Below are positions 33,801 through 46,176 of a DNA stretch of 64,000 nucleotides, in pieces. Below the pieces are notes generated by a model. The model did no database searches. It worked only from the letters and a program-made list of their open reading frames with translations, and was not told the DNA's origin. The position numbers were made by a program, and so were the translations under genes. The DNA is from Eutreptiella sp. 'Long Island Sound 2002' (Eukaryota > Protista > Euglenida). Each line of letters opens with the position of its first letter. Position 1 is the stretch's first letter. The stretch is from NCBI GenBank assembly GCA_964036045.1, contig OZ038379.1:4092001-4156000 (forward strand). Direction: 5' to 3'.

Positions 33801-34582
33801 TGCGCGTCGCCGTAAGTTGCGACTATCCGGCGACCGGCTTGAGAACAGACAAGGGAGGGGAGGGGAGAGGAGGGTATCGGCCACCTGACCTGGGCCATAC
33901 CGTTGGTTGGGGCGTCCAGATGCAAGAAAGGGGCTCGGACTCGGGGTCTGGGGACCGTGGCTGCCATTGGTAAACAAAACCGTGTCCACTCCAGGATGAC
34001 CGGCCACAACGTGTCCTCATTTCGTCCCCCAAGCCCTCCCAGGGGTCGCCGGGTTGCCCCGGCATCACCGGGAGATGGGACCTGGGACCCCGCCCTCCAC
34101 ACAAGGTGTGTGGGTATTGTAGTGGGGCCCATGGAGGGAGTGGAAAGCATTGCGTCCACAGTGTCGCACGAGCCACTGGATACCTACCCTTTGCGGATCA
34201 ACATTCCGTCCAGACACACGGCAACGCGCTTGCCCTTTTGTTGGCATCCAGGGACTGAGAATGCAGGAGTATTACAGCTCCCATTAGTACTCTCACCCGT
34301 GCTTGCAAGTTGGCATGCAGTATCAGTTGAGATTTAACTGAGGCAGCAACCACGGGGTCTCAGGGAATACTGCGTAGCCCTGTGTTTGCACAATGGCAGC
34401 CACGCCTTGCAGCAGCCAGCCCTCCGGGAGGCTGCTGCTGGAGGCCACGTCCAAAGCGCAAGCGGCATGGGCGGCTGCAGATCGCTTGAAGAGCCTCGAA
34501 ATCTACCGTACGGTCTTGGGGACCACCAAGCGTCCACTCCTTCCTCGTGAAGGTCATCCAAGGGGTGAGGTGGTGGAGCTCA

Positions 34583-36151
34583 CCGGAATAAACCGTACCT
34601 GGGGTTCGGCGTACCTATCGGCTTGGCGTACTTATCGGCTCGGCGTACTTTCGGCCGGCCGATCGGCCGGCCGAAAGTACGGTTTAATCCGTCACCCCCC
34701 CCTTGTTTTGGCCGAAAAAATGGCCGGAGGTACGGCCGTACCTTCGGCCAGCCGGCTCGGCCGGCCGAAAGTCCAGCCGTACCTTCGGCCGGCCGATCGG
34801 CCGGCCGAAAGTACGGTTTAATCCGTCACCCCCCCCCTTGTTTTGGCCGAAAAAATGGCCGGAGGTACGGCCGTACCTGCGGCCGGCCGAAGGTACGGTT
34901 TAATCCGTCACCCCCCCTTGTAGTAATACCCCCATATACTAACAACCCCCCCCCCTGTATATTAATAACATGACTCCTGCGGTGGCCACAGACCGCCTTT
35001 TGTGTGTTCCGCCTTGTGTGTGCACCGCTTTGCCTGTGGCCCCTTTAATAACATGACTCCTGCGGTGGCCACAGACCGCCTTTTGTGTGTTCCGCCTTGT
35101 GTGTGCACCGCCTTCTGTGTGTACCGCCTTGCCTGTGGCCCCTTTAATAACATGACTCTTGCGGTGGCCACAGACCGCCTTTTGTGTGTTCCGCCTTGTG
35201 TGTGCACCGCTTTGCTTGTGGCCCCTTTAATAACATGACTCCTGCGGTGGCCACAGACCGCCTTTTGTGTGTTCCGCCTTGTGTGTGCACCGCCTTCTGT
35301 GTGTACCGCCTTGCCTGTGGCCCCTTTAATAACATGACTCCTGCGGTGGCCACAAACCGCCTTTTGTGTGTTCCGCCTTGTGTGTGCACCGCCTTCTGTG
35401 TGTACCGCTTTGCTTGTGGCCCCTTTAATAACATGACTCCCGCGGTGGCCACAGACCGCCTTTTGTGTGTTCCGCCTTGTGTGTGCACCGCTTTGCTTGT
35501 GGCCCCTTTAATAACATGACTCCCGCGGTGGCCACAGACCGCCTTTTGTGTGTTCCGCCTTGTGTGTGCACCGCCTTCTGTGTGTACCGCTTTGCCTGTG
35601 GCCCCTTTAATAACATGAGGCCTGCGGTGGCCACAAACCGCCTTTTGTGTGTTCCGCCTTGTGTGTGCACCGCCTTCTGTGTGTACCGCCTTGCCTGTGG
35701 CCCCTTTAATAACATGACTCTTGCGGTGGCCACAGACCGCCTTTTGTGTGTTCCGCCTTGTGTGTGCACCGCTTTGCTTGTGGCCCCTTTAATAACATGA
35801 CTCCTGCGGTGGCCACAGACCGCCTTTTGTGTGTTCCGCCTTGTGTGTGCACCGCCTTCTGTGTGTACCGCTTTGCTTGTGGCCCCTTTAATAACATGAC
35901 TCCCGCGGTGGCCACAAACCGCCTTTTGTGTGTTCCGCCTTGTGTGTGCACCGCCTTCTGTGTGTACCGCCTTGCCTGTGGCCCTAGTACAAGGGGGGGT
36001 GACGGATTAAACCGTACCTTCGGCCGGCCGAGTCGGCGGGCCGAAGGTATGGCCGGACTTTCGGCCGGCCGAACGGCTGGCCGAAAGTACGCCGAGCCGA
36101 TAAGTACGCCGAGCCGATAGGTACGCCGAACCCAGGTACGGTTAAATCCGG
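34583..36151. mobile_element. Foldback-like element: long modular inverted arms around a tandem array
   Basis: Left arm (34583-34924) starts CCGGAATAAACCGTACCTGGGGTTCGGCGTACCTATCGG; right arm (35984-36151) ends CCGATAGGTACGCCGAACCCAGGTACGGTTAAATCCGG. Inner ends are also inverted (GTACGGTTTAATCCGTCACCCCCCTTGTA / TACAAGGGGGGGTGACGGATTAAACCGTAC). Confidence 0.88.
34963..35983 (+). repeat. Tandem array of 11 units (83 or 99 bp) with a 281-bp higher-order period
   Basis: TAATAACATGAC starts at 34963, 35046, 35145, 35228, 35327, 35426, 35509, 35608, 35707, 35790, 35889. Pattern S-L, then (S-L-L)x3; long units carry an extra CTTCTGTGTGTACCGC. Confidence 0.95.
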
Positions 36152-38266
36152 CGGGCCAGGTGGTGGCGGCAGGACAAGCACTTCAGGACCAACGGGCCGC
36201 TTCACGTCCCTTGTGGCACTCTGCTCCCTTGCCTGCAAGGAGCCTCAGCATATCTATCACTCTCCTCTTCCAACACCATCCAGGCTGCCCTGGAGAAAGT
36301 CACTGAACGGTGGTCTGAGCGCCAAGCACTTGCTCAACTACCATCAGTGTGCCTGGGGATGACAGGGACCCTAAACTCCCAGAAGATGCCCCTTCGGCCA
36401 CTGAAAGGTTGTGCAGGGTCGTTGATGGTCACGAAGAATTCAAGGGAATATGGGTCTCAAATGGTTTACGAGGATTCGAGGCTGAACATAGAGGGCCCGG
36501 ACGGTAAAGACCAAATCAGGAATTCAGAGGGGAGAGGATGGAGACAGCAAAGGAAAAAGCGAGCCCCCGTGCATGAGCAGTGCAACACAGCTTGGGTATC
36601 AGGGCCAGTAGCACCTGCTCGTAAACGACCCTGCTGCGACCATACCGGCCCAGCAAAACGAGGCCTAAATGGCTGAGTTTCGACTGACACAATGCCACTG
36701 CAGTGGATGAATAGCGACAGTGCCAACGACTTTCTGATTGATGGGCGCGGGGAATCCATGCGACTTGCCCCCGACCCCAAGGAGGCAGTGACTGACACGT
36801 CGTGTACGGCGCCCCTGTCGCAAAGCTTACTGATAAACCTGCGGCAGCTCCCATTCGGTCCAAAGCGGGTCTACCCACCCAGATCCCCTTTCTCCTATTA
36901 ATATACAGGAGGGGAGGTTTGCCGTAAAGGCTGAACAAGTGTGCCGGTGGCAATTCCGCGGGTGTACGCACGGGTTTGAGTTTTTAGAACACATTGGTGT
37001 GCATTTGCTTGTTACAAGCCACTCGGGAAGAGCATTTTTGATGCGTGAGAGTGAGACCGTACTCACAGGTGCTACTTCTGCCCCTTGGTGTGCCTCCCAG
37101 GCCAGGCCAGCGCTGGCATGCATCACACTCGGACTGCTTACCCACCTAATAAAGAAGAGTACTCGCTGAAAATGGGGTCTTGAGCAATAAGCAACAAAAA
37201 TGCTTTGAGGAGCTCAAGGAGAAGGTCACCGATGCGAAGTGCCCTTGGGTTTCCCGACCAAGAGGTTGTGGCGATTCCCGACGCAGCCCGCGCCGATTCC
37301 CGATTCCAGGCACGGCGATTCCCGACTTCGCGCGCGCTGATTGCCGATCCCCGCCGCGGCGATTGCCGACCCCGCGCGTGGCACTGCAACCATCACAGAG
37401 GCCGTCTCTTGAGCCGCATGACGCACTTCCTGATTCAAGTCATCTCCACACACCAGGGCTGCTCCCAAATCTTTTCTAATGACCTTCCCTATTGCAATGG
37501 CTGTGGGGCAGGTTGCGCTAAGGTCTACGCTGGGGTACTAGAGGCTACAATATACACGAAGCAGCACCCAAGCCCCGGATGGTATCTCTATCGTAGGTCC
37601 CTACACATCTAGGGAAGCAACATTACACCATCCACTGCAACTCAAGCACCACCGCAGCCCGCGACTGCAAAATACACACCAGCACAGCGGCCACTCCTGC
37701 AAAGACCATAAAGACCAAAGGGAAAACAGGACCGAACATGCTGCAAATGGAACACAGCAGGTTGACCACTTGGAGCCGTCACCAACCTCACAGTGGTGCT
37801 TGCAAACAAGAGCTGGGGTACCCCCACCAAGGGCAGCAGGGGAGGGGCGCCCGAGATTGTCAACCCACTCATCCAGAGCTTAGAACCCTGCCAGTCCCCC
37901 TTCCCCCCCACGCAACAAACTCCAAACCAACAGGGCCCGGCTGGGCCATAGGTAGAAGGGTGGAAAGGCTGACCTTCACCATGAACTATTGGAAAATTTG
38001 GACAGGTGACTGTCCATCAACGAGCAGGCAGGCTACTGCTGGCACCCCGTCGGGTGGCATCGCGGCACGACCACAGCCCGGAGTATTCCAGGCGGTCCTG
38101 GGCTAGACGCTTCGCGCCAGACCCAACCGCGAGTCTGTCGTGTGCCGAGTGTTTTGTGACGTGTGCTGAGTGAGTGTGCAGTGTGCACGAAGTACAGTGT
38201 ACAGTCTGCAGCGTGTGGCTGCGCAGAGGGCCCTTCTCCACCATCCCGAGCTCGGGATGGCTCACT

Positions 38267-38361
38267 GGAAGGGGTCGGAAGGGGTCGGAAGGGGTCAGGA
38301 AGGGGTCAGGAAGGGGTCAGGAAGGGGTCCGGAAGGGGTCAGGAAGGGGTCAGGAAGGGGG
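38267..38361 (+). repeat. (A)GGAAGGGGTC 10-11-bp tandem repeat, G-quadruplex-prone
   Basis: Nine GGGG tracts at 10-11 nt spacing. Confidence 0.9.
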
Positions 38362-38739
38362 CAGTCGGGGTCGCAATTTGACTATTCCAAAGATAGGCCG
38401 GGGTGCCCCCCTTTGCGGCTCGGATGCAGCCAGCGGGCTTCGCGACACACAGCGGCAGGGGCTGTGGCGGCCTCCAGAGGCCCAGCGCCCTTCCATCACG
38501 GGCTTCCTCAAGGAGAAACGAGGGGGCTCAGAGGACAGGAAATGCAGGTTGAGCCACAACGCGGCCGTCCTCCGGTGTTTGAGGTCAGAAATCGCACTTT
38601 GAGGGAACGTTGCAGACTGTAAGGCTGCCGCCGATGCTGTCGCCGAAGCGAGACCCGTGCTTCACAGAGCCCTGCCACAAGCCAGACCTGTGCCTGACAG
38701 CGGTCGCGGGGATTGCACGCGCGACTGTCACAGGTAGCC

Positions 38740-40723
38740 TCACAGGTAGTTCATCAGAAACGCGGTCTCCATCCGGTGCTCGCGCTTGGCCTCCATCTCA
38801 AAAGCATTCTCGGGAAACTCCCGTTCTTGAACGGCCGGCGGCTGCGTCGGCGCGGACGTCGCGGAGGGGCTCGAGGCCCCGGACTTCGACAGCCCAAACA
38901 TGAAGCAGTCCACCTCGCCGACCTCCTCTTCGTCAAGGACGACCTCCGGGATGTTCAGCATCTGCCCGACAACGCTCTGGTACGGCGTGCCCAGTGCGAG
39001 CGCTGATCTCGACAGCTCGGGCACCCTGAACTTCAGGGGCGGTGGGGGGGGCTTTTGGGGTGCCGGTGTGGCGGCCGGGGCAGGCTGCACGTGGCAATGC
39101 CCATGGTGGAAGTTCAGGACGGAGGGCGCATGCCCGATGGACGGGATCGCCGGGCGAGAGACGGCCCGACCCTCGAACTCCTCTTTGATCTTCTTGGGGT
39201 ACCTGTCGAAAATTTGGATCGGGCGGTAGGTGGCTGCTCCGGGGGGCTATGCAAGGAATCGCGCAAGGGGAACGGGCTGTGCAGAGGCGGTCCGAAAAGC
39301 TGTTGAGCAGCAAGGCGACAAGAGGCGCCTTTTCCCTTTGGCAAGCGCCCAACGCCATTGCATTCCCAATAGAAAAAAACAAACCCTTAGACACACGACT
39401 CCAATAGCTTTTCCCCATCAACAGCCTCGTCGCTCAACAACATCGCGGAAGCCATCGCTGCATGGGAGTGAAGGAGCCCACGTTTTAGCTGCTTTCGGAA
39501 GCGCCTAGTTCGCCTTTCTCAAAAATTGTGAACACAATTGACATACCGCATGTGGCGGTGGGGCCGAATTGAGAAGCGACAGGCGGTGGTAGTCCGAACT
39601 TGCTCTATATGGCCGAGGTGATCGTCACAGCCCTGGTTTTCTTGTTTAGCCGTGTCTTTGGCTCTGCAACCATGCCATTTTTATGCACAAACCTCCCACG
39701 GCCAAGCAGGGCCAACGCGCAGACAGTGATATCACACACCACATGGGCTTTCATGGCATAGTTTCATGATGTACAAGAGAGGAGGGAGGGCAAGACAAGT
39801 GTGCATGTGTAGATTGTGAGCTAAACCATGTCCCAAAATCTTTTCAAGGTGACGGGCGGTTGCAGGTGGGTCGTGGGGGGCGAGAACCCCAGAGTGTGCG
39901 CATGGCCAACACAGAAGGATACGAGAGTAGCAAGCAAGTTGCGGTGTCATGGGACAACGGTGATTGAAAGCGTCTCGAGAGTTCGCACCTCGGCTCGGAT
40001 GTATTGTGATGGTTCATGTGATATGGTGTACGAAAAAATTGTGGCCACAAATTTCATTTGACACGTGCTTGAATTGATACTATCCGCAACGTGCACCAAG
40101 AGAGATCCAACACTACGTATCGGGGGACATGAGAATTGCACCCCACGCGACATAAGGTGTTTCCGGCAAATACTCCTGCTAACGTCCTTTGGCGGCGGCG
40201 GTGGTGGTTCATCGCTCGTTCGTGAAAGTGAACGCCGTGAAAGGCCATCTTGTGAGCCATATGACGCACAAGTTTGCGAACCATAAAGGCGACTAAACAA
40301 TTGGGTCTTGTTCAAGACAACAAGAAGGAGTGAAACGTGAGACTACCCGCTATCCACGGTTTCCGTGGTCTTCGTGTATCTCCAATAGAGGTCGCCTTTG
40401 AAGAAGTATATCTTGTCACCTTGTGACTCCTGGTATGCCGCTTGCACCGCGGATGGGATCCCTGGCCAACCATCACAAATCTTTTTGGGATACCCAGTGT
40501 CCAATTTGTCGCCATCGTAGCGCCAATAGATGTCGTCTTTGAAGACGTACGTGCGGCTGTTGGAAGGACAATGAAAAGCGGTGTCGTACCAGCATAGTCC
40601 CCGTGGAACTATGGCCACCCCACATCCTTCATTGTTCAAGCCCTTGTCGCTCTGCAACGCTTTGTAGCTCCGGTCGGCGGCTGAGTTGCGCCAACCTTCA
40701 TTGGAACCCGACCATGGCAACAT
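38740..40723 (-). CDS. Hemopexin-repeat protein (2 exons: 40723-40347 and 39202-38740; about 279 aa) with Pro-rich tail
   Basis: YDTAF...RTYVFKDDIYWRYDGDKLDTGYPKKICDGWPGIPSAVQAAY...KIYFFKGDLYWRY...VDSG; the phase-2 splice GG|GTAG...ACAG|G restores GYPKKIKEEFEG. Start codon uncertain. Confidence 0.78.
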
Positions 40724-41689
40724 GTGCAATAAAATCCTTCCCGAACAAAGCAACACAAGAATTGGAATGTTCAGTAAAACTATCCAACCCCCTCAACACA
40801 CGAGAAGATACAACGAAAAGGGGATGGCTGCAACACTGTGACTCCATGCAACACGAAGCTAGCTCATGCCGGTGGGGGCTTGCCCACCATGCCTTTAGAG
40901 AAAGCTATCCAGCCTCCGGGTGTTTCAAATTTCACATTTGCCACGACACAAGTACTCGTTTGCGTTTCGACTATGAAGAAAATTCAGCGAAGTGCCAACG
41001 TGCGTGCTCCGAAATAAAGCGATTCACGGGATTTACCAAGCACGCGATTTCTTCGTTTTTTGTGGAGACACGGGTTCATAAGCCGTGACACATCAGGTAT
41101 CTTAGAAAGATTTGTTGGGGGATCAATAGAAAGATTTGTTGGGGGATCAACAACTCATCATCAAGGTTGGCACACGTCTCTTCCCTTGTTTTGTCCGTCA
41201 TTACGACGTACAAAGTTTTTTCTCCGGCCCTCGGAATGGCTAAAATGGGCGTTTCGTCAAAAGAGAAACTTGTTGAATTTTTAGGCACCTCCGTATTTGA
41301 CGACATTAAAAATAGTGACTACGGAATGGCACCGCCGCCGTCAACCGCCGTTGACCGAATCCCAAGTGTTCGTGAGGAAGAAACTAACGGCAAATGGCTC
41401 GAATTTACGGAGTGCTAAGGGGGCGGAAATCATGAAAAATTCATAAAGGATAACGGAGGACTCACCCCACTAGGGACGACTAAGAAATGGAGGATTGGGC
41501 ACTTATTGGGAAGTAATTAGGAACTAAAAATTGTAGAGTTGAATGTGAAATGGGTGGGATTTGAACCACGATTTCCATTGAGTGAGGCATGAAACGGATC
41601 TGCGGCTTCTGATTGCCGGGTACTCACTTCACTATGAAGGCAAAGAAGCACAAAATAGTAGGCCACCAAAAGAGTGTATTTAATCTAGG

Positions 41690-41694
<5 letters not shown>

Positions 41695-41747
<53 letters not shown>
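41695..41747. repeat. (CT)n microsatellite
   Basis: About 26 CT units. Confidence 0.95.
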
Positions 41748-41751
<4 letters not shown>

Positions 41752-41823
41752 TCGGAAGGGGACTTGTAACAAGACCACTGCGTCCTTGGGCTCAAGGACC
41801 CTTGTCCGACTCTCCGGCACTAG

Positions 41824-41898
41824 TAGCCCCACCGAGGTGGCAACACTCAAGCAACAATGTTAGCCCCACCGAGGTGGCAACACTCAAGCAACAATGTT
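41824..41898 (+). repeat. 37-bp tandem duplication
   Basis: TAGCCCCACCGAGGTGGCAACACTCAAGCAACAATGT occurs twice. Confidence 0.9.
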
Positions 41899-42433
41899 GC
41901 CCCATGTGGCCATTTGGGTGAAGACGCCCTTCAAAAGGACCTTGCGGTGAGAACGAGCCCTCAAAGTTTGGCTCCGATGTCGTATCGGACGACGCCATCG
42001 CGCGCAACCCCCATGGGGAGATGGAGATTGCAAAGAAAAGCAATTTGCGCCAAATGTGGATCAACTTCACGCACAAGTGCACCCTACCTCCAACAAGAGC
42101 GGGCTCGGAGAACGGGCGCGTTCTGCTCCGTCGGAGCTATCCATCCCTATGTGAAGAGTCTACCCGTGGAAACACTAGAGACACACGGCCTTTCAGCCAG
42201 ACATACAGCCCTGTTTCTTGTGCCCGCCTCTTGCTATTGAGGAGTGTCCAACATTGCCACTTTTGCAACAACGAGAAAGAATCTCTCCATGGATCCTCCA
42301 TGAGCGGCCCACTCAGTCCTCCGTGCAGCAAACCTAGTTCAAGATTGTTTTCCATTACTCGTGAACAGTGAACCACCGGATTTACTTGCTGAACCATCCA
42401 AGTGGTCGATTCACCAGAATTCGTAAAGCATTA

Positions 42434-42944
42434 CTGTGAAAATAAAGTTAAAACAGTATATTAATGGTTTCCCAAAAGGCTTTACTGGGAACTTATTACT
42501 TTTTTTCTCCAATTCATCCACACACGTCCTTACTTATTACTTATTTTTCAACGGTCCCATTGTCCCTTACTTAATATAACACATACGAGCACAAATATAC
42601 GAGCACAACAAAACATGGTCCCATGTGATTGCCGAATCGATGTGCCGAAGAGTGCTAAGTGTACTTAGTTGGGACCTTTTTCTGCCCCTCCCCCCCCCCG
42701 AGTGGTGTAGGTGTTGATATGGAAGCATTCAGCCATCTGATCCGGGACTTGAGTGTCATACCCACCGTCCTGCTGTTCCGTTCCGTGCCGCTGCGCCAAA
42801 TTCCGCTGCTCTGTTGCCGTTACTGAATTACGATTACTGAAGTTTTAATGGCCATAGACGACCATTACTTAATTTATTTTACTGAATTTTACTGATTCCG
42901 CTCGGGGTCGGATTACTGTTACTGAATTATCTTTATTTTCACAG
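42434..42944. mobile_element. MITE, Tc1/mariner-type (14-bp TIR, TA target duplication)
   Basis: TA|CTGTGAAAATAAAG ... CTTTATTTTCACAG|TA; AT-rich non-coding interior. Confidence 0.8.
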
Positions 42945-43405
42945 TATGCAGAGCACGTCAATCAGCCGTGTCTTGCAGCCCGTAACCGTGGAAGGTCAAA
43001 GACAACGACGCATACTTCCTGGGAATGCTTGGCCATTTGCGACTGTTGAGTCATGACTTGTCGAACTGTTGAAAAAAAATTTTCGAGTTGCTCGGAAACA
43101 CCCCGACATGCCCGGCGCCAACCCCAGAAACTGCCGTTTGTCAACATTTTTGAGTTTGTTCGCTGCAAAATGCCACGACGCGGCTTTTGGTAGATAAAAC
43201 GATCCGATGGTGGAGGTCATTTTTTCCCCTAAGACCATCTACTCAGGGTTTTATTTGTATGATGATGATTCTACTGGTTTCTTGGTTAGGTTGGAGTAGG
43301 CTAGTTTTATGTACCTGGATTGCACCACATCCCATTCCGGCTTCCGGGCCAAGTACGCTGTTAGTTTGGTGTAAAATAGTGGTGTTGAGGTGCGCAAACA
43401 GCCTA

Positions 43406-44359
43406 AGGTAAAAAACCCCTATCGAGGGCCACTTTTGGTCCGGCAAAATCTGGCCGATTTCTGCAGACCTGGAGGGCCAGTTTTTTTCAGGTTACAGATG
43501 CCGGCTAACAGAACCGTTTTTGGTCGCAGGACCGTGGAGAACAATTTAAATAGAAATCGCCCTTTTTTAGGCGCTCCAGACCCCCCTGCTCCTATCGAGG
43601 CCACCCTGCATCGTGGAATTTTTACCAGCGCTTTTAATTTCTTGCAGATTTCTTTCCATATCCTACATTGTTGGGGTAAAACATTGCCCCAAATCACAAG
43701 ACATCCATAAAAACATACAAAACTTTCAGGCACTTTTTAATTGTTGGATCATGGATGTAGTGGCATGCGGAACACCAAAGAAAACGGTATAGGGTCCCAC
43801 GGATCCCCAACAAAGCCTGGTCTTTTTTCTTATTCTTTAAACAAGGATGCTATGAATATGGAAAGGGTGTTTTGGCGATGGTTTTTTGCAAACGAGTGAG
43901 ATGAGGGTGGCAAAGGCGTTGGGAGGTGTTGTCAAATCGGAGGGAGATGTCGTCAAATGCATTGAGGTTGGGTGCAATAGTAACAAGCAATGGCTTCTCC
44001 ACCGCATCACTTGATCTGAACAATAAACAAAAGGAAAAGGGGGAGAAACAACAACACAAGAAGGTGATGGAAGAAGAAGATTAAAGAGAAGATACAAGAT
44101 CCCCCAAATGGTGTTTTTTTACTCCACAACATGAATTTCATGTGGCATGTTTGAGTTTGGTGGTTTTTCAAATGAATGATGTGCCTCACTTCCGAGTCGT
44201 TTCCTTGCCTTTGATCGACGTGTTGCCTTGCTAGGAGGGACAATTGGGACATTGCTAGGGCCATTGGTAGCGAGTTTCAAAGGGTTTTGCACAAAAAGAC
44301 AACCTAAGACCAAAGTGGCCCTCGATTAGAGCAGCGGCCTCGATTAGGGCGTTTTACCT
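43406..44359. mobile_element. Non-autonomous Tc1/mariner/pogo-type element (imperfect TIR, TA target duplication)
   Basis: TA|AGGTAAAA..CCCTATCGAGGGCCACTTTTGGTC ... GACCAAAGTGGCCCTCGATTAG...GTTTTACCT|TA. Confidence 0.72.
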
Positions 44360-44748
44360 TACACGGGATGTAGAAATTCGGGAAAATTGCAACATCTTCC
44401 CATCAACAATGTACTTCGCAGGCTTAGGTGCTTAGATATTTCGGGTGAATTGCGGCAAAAAGTATGTGGACCTCGGATTCGAATTCCCGGATTGCGGCAA
44501 AAAGTATGTGGAGTTCCGATTCGAATTCCGGGAAACGAATTGAAAGAGACCGATCCCGTGTTCCCCGGTAGCTCAAGGCCATGAACTCAAGGAGAGCTAC
44601 TTTGTCAACCGTCCCCTACAAACTCTTGTTCGGGCATCTGTACACGCGCGCGAGATTCAAGACGCCGGGGCACCAAATTAAGGATCGGCAACGCCCAACG
44701 AACCTCCTGAATTCACACGTCGACCTCAATGGCCCATCAGTGCTACTT

Positions 44749-44908
44749 TAGTACACTTTTGCCCCAATTTTTGTGCACTTTTGCCCCCGTTTCAATGCAC
44801 TTTTGCCCCCGTTTTAGTGCGCTTTCCCCCCTATTTTAATGCACTTTTGCGCTCATTTTAGTGCACTTTTGCCCCCATTGTAGTGCACTTTTGCCCCCGT
44901 TTTAGTGC
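44749..44908 (+). repeat. About 23-bp tandem repeat (TAGTGCACTTTTGCCCCCGTTT), 7 copies
   Basis: Degenerate tandem units about 100 bp upstream of the secreted-protein ATG. Confidence 0.85.
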
Positions 44909-45005
44909 TACAAACAAACTCGTATAACAAAGCTACTTTCCTTGGCGAAGCCACATTAGCTCGTGCTGAGTAGACATTGTTCCACACCTGTACAGACACC
45001 ACAGC

Positions 45006-45078
45006 ATGCGAGTCCGTTGGGTTTTCGTCTTGCTTGCCTATTTGACGTTGAAGGCCGTTGAAGGAGGCAATGCTCCAG
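45006..45078 (+). CDS. Exon 1: signal peptide
   Basis: MRVRWVFVLLAYLTLKAVEGGNAP; acceptor CACAG 1 nt before the ATG; donor G|GTAGCA. Confidence 0.75.
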
Positions 45079-46134
45079 GTAGCAGTTTGCTTTTTGGTAG
45101 TGGTGAGTGAGTGTGACTTGTCGCCGCCTCAAAACAAGTGTTGCCATCAGGCCTCGTAAAGGAACCCGCAAAACAATCGGCTAATCGCGAGATGAAACTG
45201 GGTGGGGGCTTTAGTGAGTAGTATCCAAAGATGCTATGCTTCTTGCACCTCACGGCGGTGTTCGTCACCATCGAGAGAAGAAGCAAACGACACACTTGTA
45301 GAACGTGCTCCATGGCTCTAGTGGTGCTTACCGGCGTGGTGTATTGCATTGCTCATGGCCTTTGTCCCGTTACAGTGGATCTACAAGAGTTGCAAAATCT
45401 TGGTGTCCTCAAACTGAACCAAAACAACGATGTTGTGCAAGACTTTAAATGTATGCACGTTTCCTCTGCCTTCAACACCTATTGTCTTGGTTGCACGTGA
45501 CATAAGATTACGTAGAAAGGGTCGTACCAACTTGCGTCGGTACAACATCCCGCTAAACGGTGCTTCTTTTTCACTTTCGCCACATTCGTAACTTGAAGCC
45601 AGTTGTGTTGGTTGTACACAGGCAACTTTCACGGAAATGGTAAGAGAGAAAATGATGAAGTGCTGTTCCAATGGGTGGACAACATCAAATCCCTCCCAAA
45701 GATGTCCGACCGACCAAACCACCTGCAAACGCCCATCACTGTCACGGGCCCGGGCGGTTTCATCAACCTTACAATGCAAAATCTCGGGCCTGGCGTCGAG
45801 AAGTTTGCGCTCGCGATCACGAAAGCAATCTTTGCCCACAAGTACACGGCAGAGATGGGGTATCACTCCACAAACAAAAAAGGTGGCAAACATCACATCT
45901 TCGCAATCACAAGATGCTTGGCCGACGGCAACGAGATGATCGAGATGCACGAAGGTGCGTGCTCCTCTGTCCATCTATTCACCGCAAAATTGACGCCAGC
46001 AATGTGCACCACCCTTTGCTGCTTCAAGCAATGCCCCTCAGAACCAACTTATCACAAACACACACACACACATACACAAGCAATCCCCTTCCCCCGCGTA
46101 ATCCCAAGTTGTTCTGCATGATTCCACGGACACA

Positions 46135-46176
<42 letters not shown>

